A stretch of DNA of 64,000 nucleotides from Candidatus Poribacteria bacterium (lineage in GTDB: Bacteria > Poribacteria > WGA-4E > WGA-3G). Under the pieces are notes generated by a model. That model had not been told where the DNA came from, did no database searches, and saw nothing but the letters and a program-made list of their open reading frames with translations. Of the stretch, positions 16,722 through 27,110 are shown piece after piece; within the stretch, counting starts at the first letter, position 1; every line of letters starts with the position of its first letter. The stretch spans positions 4,608,001 through 4,672,000 of the forward strand of contig OZ240248.1 of NCBI GenBank assembly GCA_965198235.1. Direction: 5' to 3'. A program made the position numbers and the translations under genes.

Positions 16722-18110
16722 CTAACCTAAATTCGGTCGCGTCATATTCCCTGGCAAAACAAGTTTATCAAACGCCTCACCTGTCAGCACCTCAAGGGCA
16801 ATAGCCGCTTCGCGCAGTGTGCTTCCGTGTTCATGCGCATATTGCGCAACTTTTGCCGCCTTATCATATCCAATATGCGGGGTCAACGCCGTCACAAGCA
16901 TCAGTGATTCCGAGAGGTGCCTCCCTATCGTTTCAGTATTTGGCACGATGCCTTCAACACAATTCTCGCGGAATGACTCACACGCATCGCCGAGGAGTTG
17001 TATAGATTGTAAAGCGTTATAGGCAATCACAGGCATAAACACATTCAGTTGCAATGCCCCATTCGCCCCCGCGAATGCCAAGGTTGTATCATTTCCTATC
17101 ACCTGTGCACACACCATCGTAACGGCTTCACATTGTGTTGGGTTCACCTTTCCCGGCATAATCGAGCTTCCGGGTTCCATCTCAGGTAACTGCAATTCAC
17201 CGAGTCCACACCGTGGTCCCGAAGCGAGCCATCGGATATCATTTGCAATCTTAAATAGGGCAACTGCCAGTGTTTTCAAGGCACCACTTGCACTAACAAC
17301 GGCATCCCGACACGCAAGTGCCTCAAATGCGTTTGGTGCGCGTTTGAGTTCATAGCCTGTTGTTTCCGATAGCTTCGCGACAACCCGTGCTGTATAGTCG
17401 GGATGTGTATTCAAGCCCGTCCCGACAGCCGTTCCGCCAATTGGGAGTTCAGAGAGATGCGGCAGCGAGGCATTGATGCGTTGTTTTGCGGCGGCGAGTT
17501 GTTGTGTGTAAGCACTAAATTCCTGTCCGAGTGTGAGGGGTGTCGCATCCATCAGATGTGTTCGTCCAATTTTAACAATCTCCGCAAACGCGGAGGCTTT
17601 TTCTGCAAATGCCCCTTGCAGCGCGCTCAGACGCGGTAAGAGATGCTCTCGGATCTGTCGGACCATTGCCAAATGGATAGCAGTTGGGAAGACATCGTTT
17701 GTGGATTGGGACTTGTTGACGTGGTCGTTCGGATGGATCGGATCTTTACTGCCCAACTTACCGCCAAGCATCTCAATTGCCCGATTCGAGATGACTTCAT
17801 TGACATTCATGTTTGTTTGGGTTCCACTACCTGTCTGCCAAATACGGAGTGGGAAGTGATCGTCTAATGTTCCATTGATAACTTCTTGTGCTGCGTCGCT
17901 GATTGCTTCAGCAAGCCGGTTTTCGAGCAAATCGAGGTCTGCGTTGACGTGCGCGACCGCCTGTTTGATAGTGCCGAGTGCCCATATCGCGGCACGTGGC
18001 AAGCGCTCTTCACCGATCTTAAAATTTTGGAGTGCACGTTGTGTTTGTGCCCCCCAATACCGGTCATCTGGGACGTGAAGTGTCCCCATACTATCTGTTT
18101 CAGTTCGCAT
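16722..18110 (-). CDS. fumC: class II fumarate hydratase
   Basis: [53 protein letters not shown]. Confidence 0.97.
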   Translation of the reverse strand: MRTETDSMGTLHVPDDRYWGAQTQRALQNFKIGEERLPRAAIWALGTIKQAVAHVNADLDLLENRLAEAISDAAQEVINGTLDDHFPLRIWQTGSGTQTNMNVNEVISNRAIEMLGGKLGSKDPIHPNDHVNKSQSTNDVFPTAIHLAMVRQIREHLLPRLSALQGAFAEKASAFAEIVKIGRTHLMDATPLTLGQEFSAYTQQLAAAKQRINASLPHLSELPIGGTAVGTGLNTHPDYTARVVAKLSETTGYELKRAPNAFEALACRDAVVSASGALKTLAVALFKIANDIRWLASGPRCGLGELQLPEMEPGSSIMPGKVNPTQCEAVTMVCAQVIGNDTTLAFAGANGALQLNVFMPVIAYNALQSIQLLGDACESFRENCVEGIVPNTETIGRHLSESLMLVTALTPHIGYDKAAKVAQYAHEHGSTLREAAIALEVLTGEAFDKLVLPGNMTRPNLG

Positions 18111-18227
18111 TTTTTTAACTATGGGCCTCCAATCATCGTTTCAAATGTAAAGCAAAGACAAATTATGCCATTTAAGGAAACCTAATTTCATTTCACGATG
18201 GTTTTTGGTGAATTCCAAGTAGTAAGT

Positions 18228-18550
18228 TTCATGATAACCTTCCGCATCAGGTCCACGATATACGTTTCATCATCCGCACGATTTGGGTCATTCACGATGC
18301 CACTCCGCCTATCCATTTTTATTCGATACTGAATCTACTACCCACTCCAACGCTGAACAATACTTCAATCGATACCCAAATCTCTCACTGGGATCCATAA
18401 CGGTAGATTGTTTTGACCGGCATAGTGTTGGAGAAGTGTCGCGAAGGCGAGTCGGACTTCAGTTTCATTTGTTGCGCCGAGGCTTTCGTATTGTTTAAGT
18501 TCGGCGTAGAAGTTTATTATCGGTTTGTGTGTCGATTTGATGTTTTGCAT
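18228..18550 (-). pseudogene. collapsed type ISP restriction-modification gene (N- and C-terminal remnants only)
   Basis: N-terminus NIKSTHKPIINFYAELKQY...ETEVRLAFATLLQHY followed directly by frameshifted C-terminus SALEWVVD/QYRIKMDRRSGIVNDPNRADDETYIVDL (18356-18228). Confidence 0.7.
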
Positions 18551-18810
18551 CGCTCTATTTTCGCCCTAAAATAATAAATATATGTCAAATATTATACACA
18601 AATTCACAATAGATTGCAAGTGAAGGAGGTAGAGAAACAAAAACGAAATGTCTTGAATATGCTAAAAATTTGCTATTTCCTCTTAGACATGGTATAGTTA
18701 AAAGACAGGCAAGTCGTTGAGGTCTGCAGACCACACGATACACTAACTTTAATCCCAGAAGAATAGTTGTCAGGACGTTTTTTTAAAACCTTTCAATCTG
18801 CCTCACAGTG

Positions 18811-18873
18811 AGAGTTGTCAGAAAAAGACGAACGGACTATCACAGTCCTCTTTAACTGATAACTGACAACTCT
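18811..18873. repeat. heptamer-built palindromic repeat (AGAGTTGTCAG...CTGATAACTGACAACTCT)
   Basis: Perfect 11-bp terminal inverted repeat; same family as 20126-20233 and 20939-21010. Confidence 0.65.
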
Positions 18874-19073
18874 TAAAGCATAAGCCTGAAACGGAGTGAA
18901 GTTCTGCGCAAACCTCTATAGGAAACTTGCGGGACAATGCGAAGCATCTACACAGAGGCACGTGAAGGTCCCTGGGGGAAACACCGGATTTAGTCTGGGA
19001 ATAGACTAAATCCATTCCTTGTATTACATTGCAAAAACACCAACGTTACTTAACCGCAAGGAAAATTAGAAAA

Positions 19074-20126
19074 GTGGATTCAACATTAACCAATCCGTAT
19101 CTGACAAATGCTTTAGCAGCACCGCCGCCGCAAAGTTATCGCTACGAACACTGGCGAGAGCGGGGGTATCACTCCGACCTGCGTCCGATTTCACCAGACA
19201 GCGAATGTGGGACGCTGATAGGACAGATGGGCTGGGTCGGCGCGCATGCGCACGCTCACGAATATTTGTGGGCGACTGCTGGCAACATGGGCGCAGTTTT
19301 AGCTGAAACAGTTGAGGATACCTGTCTCATCCCTTACAATGCATCGCCGCGCTACCAATTACCACCGCAGATTGTTGTTAAAGGGTTAGCGGGACGACAC
19401 GTCCTGCTCACAAAGTCGGGTTCACGTTTGGATATGATTGGTATTGAACATCCTGCTCTCAATTTAACGCTCATTGAAGTTGAACCTGATGGTGTGCATT
19501 ATCGCATGCGCTTCGGCACGCCGGATCAGGCGACCTTAGGTTTAAATCGAGAGGGTATCGCGCCGCCAGCACCGACAAGTGAGATGTTCCACTACCTTCT
19601 TATTTTTGAGCAGTTAGAAGGACTCGGGTTTAATGCGCTTGTGCATTTGCAACCGAAGTTTTTGAATCTAATTTCTCGTACAGAACACGGTGCTCCCGAT
19701 CGGTTTTACAACTTCCTCAGAGGGTATGAACCGGAAACGCCTATTATATACGATGAATCCAGTGGCATCGGGTTCGTGGAAGAGAGGGCACCTGGCATCC
19801 CAGAATTATCTTATGAGAGTTTACGGCTTTTCCAGAATGGTGGGAATGCGGAGCGGCATATTCTTTATTGGGTAGGGCACGGAACGTTTTCGCGCGGTAA
19901 AGATCTCCTTGATGCTTACAAACACGCAGAATATTTTGAAGCCGCAGCAAGGATGGCATGGGAAGCAAATCAACAACGTGTTGATGCCCAAGCCTATACG
20001 GAGGAGATAGTCAGTTGTATCTTACGCGAATTTAACGCGAATCGTGAGGCATCTGCCCAACCAGATACTGGTTTTGAGGATGTCGATACACCGGTGCAAT
20101 CTGATAACGTCTATAATTATCCGTAA
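19074..20126 (+). CDS. class II aldolase/adducin-like protein (rhamnulose-1-phosphate aldolase-like)
   Basis: PTSE, ALVHLQP, YEPE, PGIPEL, WVGHGTF, AYKHAEYFEAAA; probable GTG start at 19074 after the conserved leader motif. Confidence 0.7.
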   Translation: MDSTLTNPYLTNALAAPPPQSYRYEHWRERGYHSDLRPISPDSECGTLIGQMGWVGAHAHAHEYLWATAGNMGAVLAETVEDTCLIPYNASPRYQLPPQIVVKGLAGRHVLLTKSGSRLDMIGIEHPALNLTLIEVEPDGVHYRMRFGTPDQATLGLNREGIAPPAPTSEMFHYLLIFEQLEGLGFNALVHLQPKFLNLISRTEHGAPDRFYNFLRGYEPETPIIYDESSGIGFVEERAPGIPELSYESLRLFQNGGNAERHILYWVGHGTFSRGKDLLDAYKHAEYFEAAARMAWEANQQRVDAQAYTEEIVSCILREFNANREASAQPDTGFEDVDTPVQSDNVYNYP

Positions 20127-20233
20127 TGGCTGTCAGCAGCCGGAAATCGATAGGGGCAGGAGGTCTCGCGCCTGCTCAATTGGGTATTCACAAGGGATAT
20201 CCCTACAGCCGACTGCCGATAGCCGATAGCCAT
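20126..20233. repeat. heptamer palindromic repeat (ATGGCTGTCAGC...GCCGACTGCCGATAGCCGATAGCCAT)
   Basis: Tandem GCCGA(C/T)(T/A) heptamers inverted against the left arm. Confidence 0.65.
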
Positions 20234-20254
20234 AGAAACGGAGGAACAACATAC

Positions 20255-20926
20255 ATGCAAGATCCAATAGATGTCCAAGACTTGGAGCATGACAGTGTGG
20301 AAACTGAGACAGAGCCAGCGCGAGATCAACTGGAGGCACACCTCCGTGACAGCATAGTCGGTAGGTATATCAGGAGTTACAACAAGCGCTTGCGCACTCT
20401 CAACCAAGAATTAGAGGACATACGACAGCAGGTTGATGACAAACTCACTCGTATAGATCGACACGTTTCCCAGGAAATAGCAGAGGTCAAAACTGATATT
20501 CGCAGCCTTTCCGCCAAGCTTGGGGGCGAAGATTTAGGGTTAACGTTGGAAAAAATTGAGGGACTCATTGACGCGAAGCTTAATGCAAGGCTTGATGGGA
20601 TTACCGCACGCAGCGAGGCGGACCTCCAGAAATTGTCAACACTCATAAACGATTTCGCCAGCGAGTTCCAGAAGCAAATCGATCAACTCACTAACGAAGT
20701 GAAACTCTTGCGAGAGCAAGCGCGTCGGAATCAGGAGTCTCTACGCACAGAGTTAGTTTCTGAAACCGAAACGCTTGAAACTACTAAAGTCGATCGGTTA
20801 ACCTTAGCCGAAACCCTCATTATGCTCGGGATGAAATTGAAAGACGATGACTTGCTGGATGAATTCGGAATAAATCTGGACTTCGATGAAGTCTTAGATG
20901 GAAACTCGGAAAATGACGAAAGTTAG
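20255..20926 (+). CDS. hypothetical acidic coiled-coil protein
   Basis: Heptad-rich helical sequence; ATG at 20255 with GGAGG RBS (the longer start lies inside a repeat). Confidence 0.7.
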   Translation: MQDPIDVQDLEHDSVETETEPARDQLEAHLRDSIVGRYIRSYNKRLRTLNQELEDIRQQVDDKLTRIDRHVSQEIAEVKTDIRSLSAKLGGEDLGLTLEKIEGLIDAKLNARLDGITARSEADLQKLSTLINDFASEFQKQIDQLTNEVKLLREQARRNQESLRTELVSETETLETTKVDRLTLAETLIMLGMKLKDDDLLDEFGINLDFDEVLDGNSENDES

Positions 20927-22088
20927 ATATACTGTTATAGCCGTCAGTTGTCAGCCATCAGTTGTCAGTAGAATAGCGGTCAGAAAGAGAACCTCTTTGC
21001 TGATAGCCATTCTTATGATGATCTTCGGTGGAATTACTGGGCGAATCGCAGCGGATGAATCAGTTTCCTCAGGCGAGATTTCAGTTCTTGTTGTTGGTGA
21101 TATTACTATCGGTAGCCGAATGACACCGTTGATTGAAAGCAAAGGTGCCGGTGTATTTTTTCAGGGAACTACTGACCTGATTCAATCCGCGGATGTCGCG
21201 ACCGTTTCCCTGAACGCGAGCATATCGGAAAGAGGCGAGCCGCGGTACGGCATTGAACACCCCTTTCGGGCGGCACCGGGACTCGGTAGAGCCATTGCAA
21301 ATGCCGGATTTGACGTTGTCTCCTTAGCCACCCCACATGTAATGGACTTCGGTTTTGAGGCGTTAGAGGATACGATCACAGAACTGGAATGGTATGATGT
21401 CAAACCGGTCGGTGCTGGTATGAGTGCGGAAACCGCGAAACTACCGGCATGGGTACCAGTCAAACTAAGTGAAACTGAGACTGCACAGGTTGCGTTATTA
21501 GCGTATTACCGTGTGAATGAATTCGCACGGTACACCGAGGATCCGCTTGCTTATGCCGTTTATAGTGAGATGACAAATGCTGTCGAGCAGATACGAACGA
21601 AAGCGGCACTCGTGGTTGTCTGGTTACACTGGGGAGGCAGAAGTCGTTCTATGGATGAGGCAATCGGACGACAACGGCTTTTTGCCCATGCCCTCATCGA
21701 CGCAGGGGCGGACATGATAATGTGTCAGCAACTACATACGTTTGGTGGTATTGAGTTGTATCAGGGCAAACCGATTGTTTACAGCCTCTCAGATTTTATC
21801 TATGATGCTTACGATAAACAGCATTCGCATATAGTTATCCCGAAGGCAACGTTTGACGCTAAGGCTCTGAAGTCAATTGAGTTAATTCCGATTTTGACAG
21901 ATCCACCGAAGACCCCGGTCCGCTCTGGAAAACCTGCGGAAACCTCAGCAACACCTGAAGTTGCGAACCAGTTTCCGAGCATCCTAACCGGAAAGGCGGC
22001 GGTAGACACCTTACAGGACTATCAGCGACGTTGTGCAGAATTGAAAACGGAGGTGTTCATAGAGGGCGAACGCGGGTGGATTCGATAG
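20898..22088 (+). CDS. CapA-family (poly-gamma-glutamate synthesis-like) metallophosphoesterase-fold protein
   Basis: VVGDI, FDVVSLATPHVMDFG, LHWG, ALIDAGAD, IELYQGKPIVYSLSDF; several usual metal ligands altered; start uncertain. Confidence 0.8.
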   Translation: METRKMTKVRYTVIAVSCQPSVVSRIAVRKRTSLLIAILMMIFGGITGRIAADESVSSGEISVLVVGDITIGSRMTPLIESKGAGVFFQGTTDLIQSADVATVSLNASISERGEPRYGIEHPFRAAPGLGRAIANAGFDVVSLATPHVMDFGFEALEDTITELEWYDVKPVGAGMSAETAKLPAWVPVKLSETETAQVALLAYYRVNEFARYTEDPLAYAVYSEMTNAVEQIRTKAALVVVWLHWGGRSRSMDEAIGRQRLFAHALIDAGADMIMCQQLHTFGGIELYQGKPIVYSLSDFIYDAYDKQHSHIVIPKATFDAKALKSIELIPILTDPPKTPVRSGKPAETSATPEVANQFPSILTGKAAVDTLQDYQRRCAELKTEVFIEGERGWIR

Positions 22089-22116
22089 ATAGTCGGAGTA
22101 GGAGCAAAAGTCAGAT

Positions 22117-24075
22117 ATGACAGACAATACGGGAGATGTAGCGCGCAGCTTGTTCAGAGGTGAACGTGGGTTAACACCTAAAGCATTTCTCATCGCAATG
22201 CTTCTGATTCCTCTTAACGTTTTCTGGATTATCGAGCTGGAGGTTGTCCGTTATACACATCCGACGCTAATTCATCCGTTGTCCAATGTCATCTTCATAA
22301 TCTTTTGGCTGATGGTGTTCAGTGCAGTGTTGGGAAAATTATCTCCAAAACTGCGGTTGACACCGGCGGAATTGCTCACAATCTATGTCATGTTGTGCAT
22401 CGTATCTTCACTCTGTTCGCACGATATGATGGAAATCCTTGTCACTATCCTCGGGCATCCATTTCGGTTTGCAACGTCCGAGAATGAATGGCAGCAGCTT
22501 TTTTGGAAGGAGCTTCCGACATGGCTAACCGTTCAAGACACGAGCGTCTTGTCGGGGTATTATGAGGGGCAATCCAGTCTTTACCGAAAGGCACACCTTA
22601 CCGCTTGGGCGGTTCCTGTGGTGTGGTGGACAGTTTTTATCCTTGTGTTGATGCTTGTTATGCTGTGCATCAACACGCTGCTCCGTATCCAATGGACTGA
22701 GCGAGAACGACTGACTTATCCAATTATTCAACTTCCGCTCGCGATGACGGAGCCGAATACAAGTTTTTTCAAAAATAAACTGATGTGGTTGGGGTTCAGT
22801 ATTGCCGCAGCCATTAGCATCCTAAACCTACTGAATTCGATTTATCCAGTAGTTCCGTATCTACCTGTTAAACGGCAAAATATCCATCAATACTTCACCG
22901 GTCGTCCTTGGAATGCGATGGGGGGTGTGCGTCTCTCGTTTTATCCTTTTGCAATTGGGATTAGTTTCCTGATTCCACTGGATCTGCTTTTTTCGTGTTG
23001 GGCGTTCTATTGGGTGTATAAATTTGAGTTAATGGCAGGTAGTATTTTTGGGGTACGGAATTTACCGGGCTTCCCCTATGCGGATGCGCAGAGTTTCGGG
23101 GCATATATGGTGCTTCTCGGGAGCGCTGGATGGGTTGGAAGAACGCACATCAAGCGCATTTTTGCCGGGGTCATAAATGGGTTCCGAGGCACGTCTGAGA
23201 TGGAGATGCAGCGTGAGCCGATGCCTTATCATATTGCTTTCCTCGGCATTGTGAGCGGGATGCTGTTTTTGACTGTGTTCTCCTATAAAGCAGGAATGTC
23301 TCTTTGGGTAATTCCCATCTTTTTCGGGCTCTATTTTCTGCTCGCGACGATGATTGCCCGACTTCGGGCGGAATTAGGATTTTTAGTTCACGATTTGCAC
23401 AGAGTCGATCCACACGGGTTAATCGTGACAACATTCGGCACCCAGCGTTTAACGACGAGTACAAAAACGGTTTTTTCGTTGTACATGTTCTTTAATCGGG
23501 CATATCGAGCGCACCCGATGCCGCAAGAATTGGAGGCGTTGAAAATTTCAGAGCGGCGGCAGATCCGTCCACAGCACACCGCCGCGGCAATTCTCATCGC
23601 AACTCTTGTGGGTGCCATTGTTATATTCTGGTTACTTTTAGACAGTTATTACAGACATGGGGCAGAGACTGGCTATTACGGTCCTTGGGCATTAGGGTTC
23701 GGCAGAGGCGTTTATCGACAACTTGAAAATTGGTTGAATTATCCACAAGGCACAGATGTCCCGGCACTCGCCTTTATGGGGGGTGGTGCGGGGGTCGCTC
23801 TCGGACTCATGTTATTGCGAACCCGTTTTCTCTGGTGGCCCCTGCATCCACTCGGCTATGCTATGGCAAACAGTTGGGGCATGTACAACCTCTGGAGTTG
23901 TATCTTCGTGGCATGGATAGCGAAGGCGGTTGTATTGCACCAAGGAGGACTCAAAGCCTACAGACGTATGGTACCGCTCTTCCTCGGACTTGCCCTTGGA
24001 GACTACATAAGTGGAAGTTTGTGGAGCATCGGTAGCGTTCTTGCGAATACCACGCTGTATCAATTCTGGCCCTGA
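22117..24075 (+). CDS. multi-pass membrane protein (DUF6785/DUF6784-like)
   Basis: Many TM segments, AELLTIY, QWTERERLTYPIIQLP, WWPLHPLGY, FLGLALGD. Confidence 0.7.
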   Translation: MTDNTGDVARSLFRGERGLTPKAFLIAMLLIPLNVFWIIELEVVRYTHPTLIHPLSNVIFIIFWLMVFSAVLGKLSPKLRLTPAELLTIYVMLCIVSSLCSHDMMEILVTILGHPFRFATSENEWQQLFWKELPTWLTVQDTSVLSGYYEGQSSLYRKAHLTAWAVPVVWWTVFILVLMLVMLCINTLLRIQWTERERLTYPIIQLPLAMTEPNTSFFKNKLMWLGFSIAAAISILNLLNSIYPVVPYLPVKRQNIHQYFTGRPWNAMGGVRLSFYPFAIGISFLIPLDLLFSCWAFYWVYKFELMAGSIFGVRNLPGFPYADAQSFGAYMVLLGSAGWVGRTHIKRIFAGVINGFRGTSEMEMQREPMPYHIAFLGIVSGMLFLTVFSYKAGMSLWVIPIFFGLYFLLATMIARLRAELGFLVHDLHRVDPHGLIVTTFGTQRLTTSTKTVFSLYMFFNRAYRAHPMPQELEALKISERRQIRPQHTAAAILIATLVGAIVIFWLLLDSYYRHGAETGYYGPWALGFGRGVYRQLENWLNYPQGTDVPALAFMGGGAGVALGLMLLRTRFLWWPLHPLGYAMANSWGMYNLWSCIFVAWIAKAVVLHQGGLKAYRRMVPLFLGLALGDYISGSLWSIGSVLANTTLYQFWP

Positions 24076-24277
24076 TGTGTGTCCCATAGTGTTCCGTTAT
24101 CTATTCCTAACCAAGGGATGATATAGAGACTATATGTCTATAGGAGACCGATATTCGATCAAAAGGTAATCGTAGCAAATGACCATCGCAAAAAACATCT
24201 GAAATCGCATTAAAAACTGACGATTAACCCAGCGAATCAATCGTAACGACACATCTATTTTAAAAAGGAGAAAAAAC

Positions 24278-26695
24278 ATGGAAACCAAAGAGAGAGAAGA
24301 GGAAAACAGAGACGAGAATACCACTGAAGAAGAACTTGTACAGGAACTCCCACTCCTCCCCTTAGATGACCTCGTCGTTTTTCCGTACATGCCACCGGTG
24401 CCACCATTTCCGCCACATCACGTTGCACTCACTGGAAAGATGGCAACTACGGCAGTTGAACATGCTATGGAAAATGAGAGGGTGCTTTGCATTTTTCGCC
24501 CAAAAAAGGATCTCTCTAAAGAGGATATCAAGGCTCTTAAAAAGAGTAACCTCAGTCCAATCGGGAGTTTAATACACATCCTTCGATACAAAACTGACGA
24601 TGAAGATGTGTTGTTTCTTGCACATGGTCGTGAGCGCGTCCAAATCGAGGAGATTTTGCATACAGAACCTTTCGTCAAGGTTCGGGTTAATGTCATTAGC
24701 GGTGATAATGAAGATCCTATTGGTAACCCAGAGATGGATTTGGAGGTGGAGGCACTCGTCCGCAGCAACGATGAAATGTTCCAGCGCATTGTTCAGATGT
24801 CATCACGCTATCAAGAGGAATACGGCAGCCTAACCAAAACAATGATTGATGAACCGGGTCGGCTTGCCGACTATATCGCCGCTATGCTGGATTTAAAGCC
24901 GCACGATAAACAGCGCGTTTTGGAGGCGGTATCTGTCCATGAACGCTTGAATACACTCGCTGTCATACTCGCTAAAGAACTCGATCTCCATGAATTAGAA
25001 AGCAAAATCCAAAATAACGCGCAAGCCGTCATTAACAAAGGGCAGCGTGAATATTATCTCAGAGAACAACTCAAAGCTATTCAGACCGAACTTGGTGAAT
25101 CGGATGATCTTGGACTTGAAATTGATGAAATGCGGGAGCAGTTGAGCGAAACTGAAATGCCCGATAAAACGAAACAAGCAGCGGAAAAAGAACTGAAACG
25201 ACTCTCTAAAATGCAGTCTTTCTCGCCGGAATCAACTGTTTCTCGAAACTATTTGGACTGGTTGTTAAATCTGCCTTGGTGTGTCAGTACGGAGGATGCT
25301 TTAGATATTACCGCGGCACAAGAAATTCTTGATGCGGATCACTACGATTTGGAAAAAGTCAAAGAGCGGATTTTGGAATATCTTGCTGTCCGCATGCTCA
25401 AAACCGATATGAAGGGACCTATCTTCTGTTTCGTTGGACCACCGGGTGTCGGAAAAACCTCCCTCGGCAGGTCTATCGCCCGCTCGATGAACCGAAAATT
25501 TGTGCGTATTTCGTTAGGTGGTATGCACGATGAAGCCGAAATCCGCGGACATCGACGCACTTACATCGGTTCAATGCCAGGGCGAATTGTCAAAGGGCTC
25601 CGACAAGCTGAGTCGAACAACCCTGTCTTTATGCTTGATGAGATTGACAAACTCGGATCTGATTTTCGGGGTGACCCGGCTTCCGCACTTCTGGAAGTCC
25701 TCGATCCGGAACAGAATCATTCATTTACGGACAACTACCTTGATGTCCCTTTTGATCTTTCAAAGGTTATGTTTGTCACGACAGCCAATCAACTCCACAC
25801 TATTCCACCAGCCTTACGTGACCGGATGGAGACTATAGAACTTCCCGGCTATACTGCCAACGAGAAGCAAATTATCGCCAAACAGTATCTGATACCGCGT
25901 CAATTGAAAGAGAACGGGTTGGAAAATGAGCTGATTGACATCAAGGATACCGCGCTTAATAAAGTCATCAGCGAGTATACTCGCGAGGCGGGTGTGCGAA
26001 ATTTAGAGCGCGAACTCGGCACCCTCTGCCGAAAAGTCGCACGTCGTGTTGCCGAGGGGAATACCGATCCAACAACCATCGCGACGCAGGACATCCAAGG
26101 TTATTTGGGACCAGCGAAGTTCGATTCTGAAATCGCGAGTCGTAAAGCCGACATCGGCGTTGCGACGGGACTATCTGTCACACCTGCGGGTGGTGAGATC
26201 CTCTTCATTGAGGTAGCCGCTACCAAAAAAGCAAATGCCCGTACAGAACTTCATATCACTGGTCAGATCGGCGAGGTCATGCAGGAATCCGCACAAGCAG
26301 CCCTCAGTTATGTCAAATCTCAGGCGAAGGAACTCAAGTTTGATTCGAGTGTATTAGAAGACGACATCCATATTCATGTCCCAGCGGGATCAATCCCTAA
26401 GGACGGTCCTTCGGCTGGTATTACAATTGCGACTGCACTCGCTTCAATTGCTACGCAGCAACATATCAGTCCTGAAATCGCTATGACAGGTGAACTGACT
26501 CTCAGGGGAAGGGTGTTACCTATTGGCGGCGTGAAGGAAAAAATCCTTGCCGCGAAGCAAGCAGGCATCAAGAAAGTCATCATGCCACACGGCAACAAAA
26601 AACACTTTATTGAAGTCCCCAAAGACATTCAAGCCGGTGTTGAGTTTCTATTTGTAGAACATGTAACCGAAGTTTTCACGGAGGTCTTCTCATGA
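24278..26695 (+). CDS. lon: ATP-dependent Lon protease (endopeptidase La)
   Basis: GPPGVGKTS, IRGHRRTYIG, LDEIDK, PKDGPSAG, GGVKEK. Confidence 0.97.
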   Translation: METKEREEENRDENTTEEELVQELPLLPLDDLVVFPYMPPVPPFPPHHVALTGKMATTAVEHAMENERVLCIFRPKKDLSKEDIKALKKSNLSPIGSLIHILRYKTDDEDVLFLAHGRERVQIEEILHTEPFVKVRVNVISGDNEDPIGNPEMDLEVEALVRSNDEMFQRIVQMSSRYQEEYGSLTKTMIDEPGRLADYIAAMLDLKPHDKQRVLEAVSVHERLNTLAVILAKELDLHELESKIQNNAQAVINKGQREYYLREQLKAIQTELGESDDLGLEIDEMREQLSETEMPDKTKQAAEKELKRLSKMQSFSPESTVSRNYLDWLLNLPWCVSTEDALDITAAQEILDADHYDLEKVKERILEYLAVRMLKTDMKGPIFCFVGPPGVGKTSLGRSIARSMNRKFVRISLGGMHDEAEIRGHRRTYIGSMPGRIVKGLRQAESNNPVFMLDEIDKLGSDFRGDPASALLEVLDPEQNHSFTDNYLDVPFDLSKVMFVTTANQLHTIPPALRDRMETIELPGYTANEKQIIAKQYLIPRQLKENGLENELIDIKDTALNKVISEYTREAGVRNLERELGTLCRKVARRVAEGNTDPTTIATQDIQGYLGPAKFDSEIASRKADIGVATGLSVTPAGGEILFIEVAATKKANARTELHITGQIGEVMQESAQAALSYVKSQAKELKFDSSVLEDDIHIHVPAGSIPKDGPSAGITIATALASIATQQHISPEIAMTGELTLRGRVLPIGGVKEKILAAKQAGIKKVIMPHGNKKHFIEVPKDIQAGVEFLFVEHVTEVFTEVFS

Positions 26696-26944
26696 GACGC
26701 ATATTGAGGAACACAGCGTGTGGTCAACCCGTCTCGCGCTTAATCCGTCGGTTGACTACACTTGCTGTCGCGTTTTTGTTTGTAATACCATTCACGGCTC
26801 ACGCAAACACGACCGACAGCACGAATACGGTGTCTACAACCGCATCCTCTGAAACCGGTGAAGTTGACGAACCGGGGTCCCCACCCGTTACTGGGAAGGG
26901 GGAACCTACTGTTAAGTTTTTGAAAGATGTCGCACCTATACTTG

Positions 26945-27110
26945 GTGATAGCACCCACAACCTAAAGGTTGGGGCTTCGGTTTCATAGCAACTGCGGTTT
27001 TCTCTAAGAGATGACCGTCTAACCGTCGCTCCACCCGCGGGCAATTGTCTGCTATTGGAACAGATTTATCACGTTTATGTCGTGGCTATCCCTGCCCGCA
27101 AAATGTTTAT
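26945..27110 (-). ncRNA. TnpB omegaRNA (reRNA) scaffold overlapping the tnpB 3' end and right end
   Basis: Position relative to tnpB and right-end hairpin; 5' boundary approximate. Confidence 0.55.

Noticed and set aside
18700-18800. Possible small RNA or riboswitch (GGTCTGCAGACC palindrome, T-run)
   Set aside because: No recognisable Rfam-like motif by eye; insufficient support
20126-20254. 43-aa N-terminal extension of the coiled-coil ORF
   Set aside because: It is read through a palindromic repeat; a better ATG with GGAGG lies at 20255
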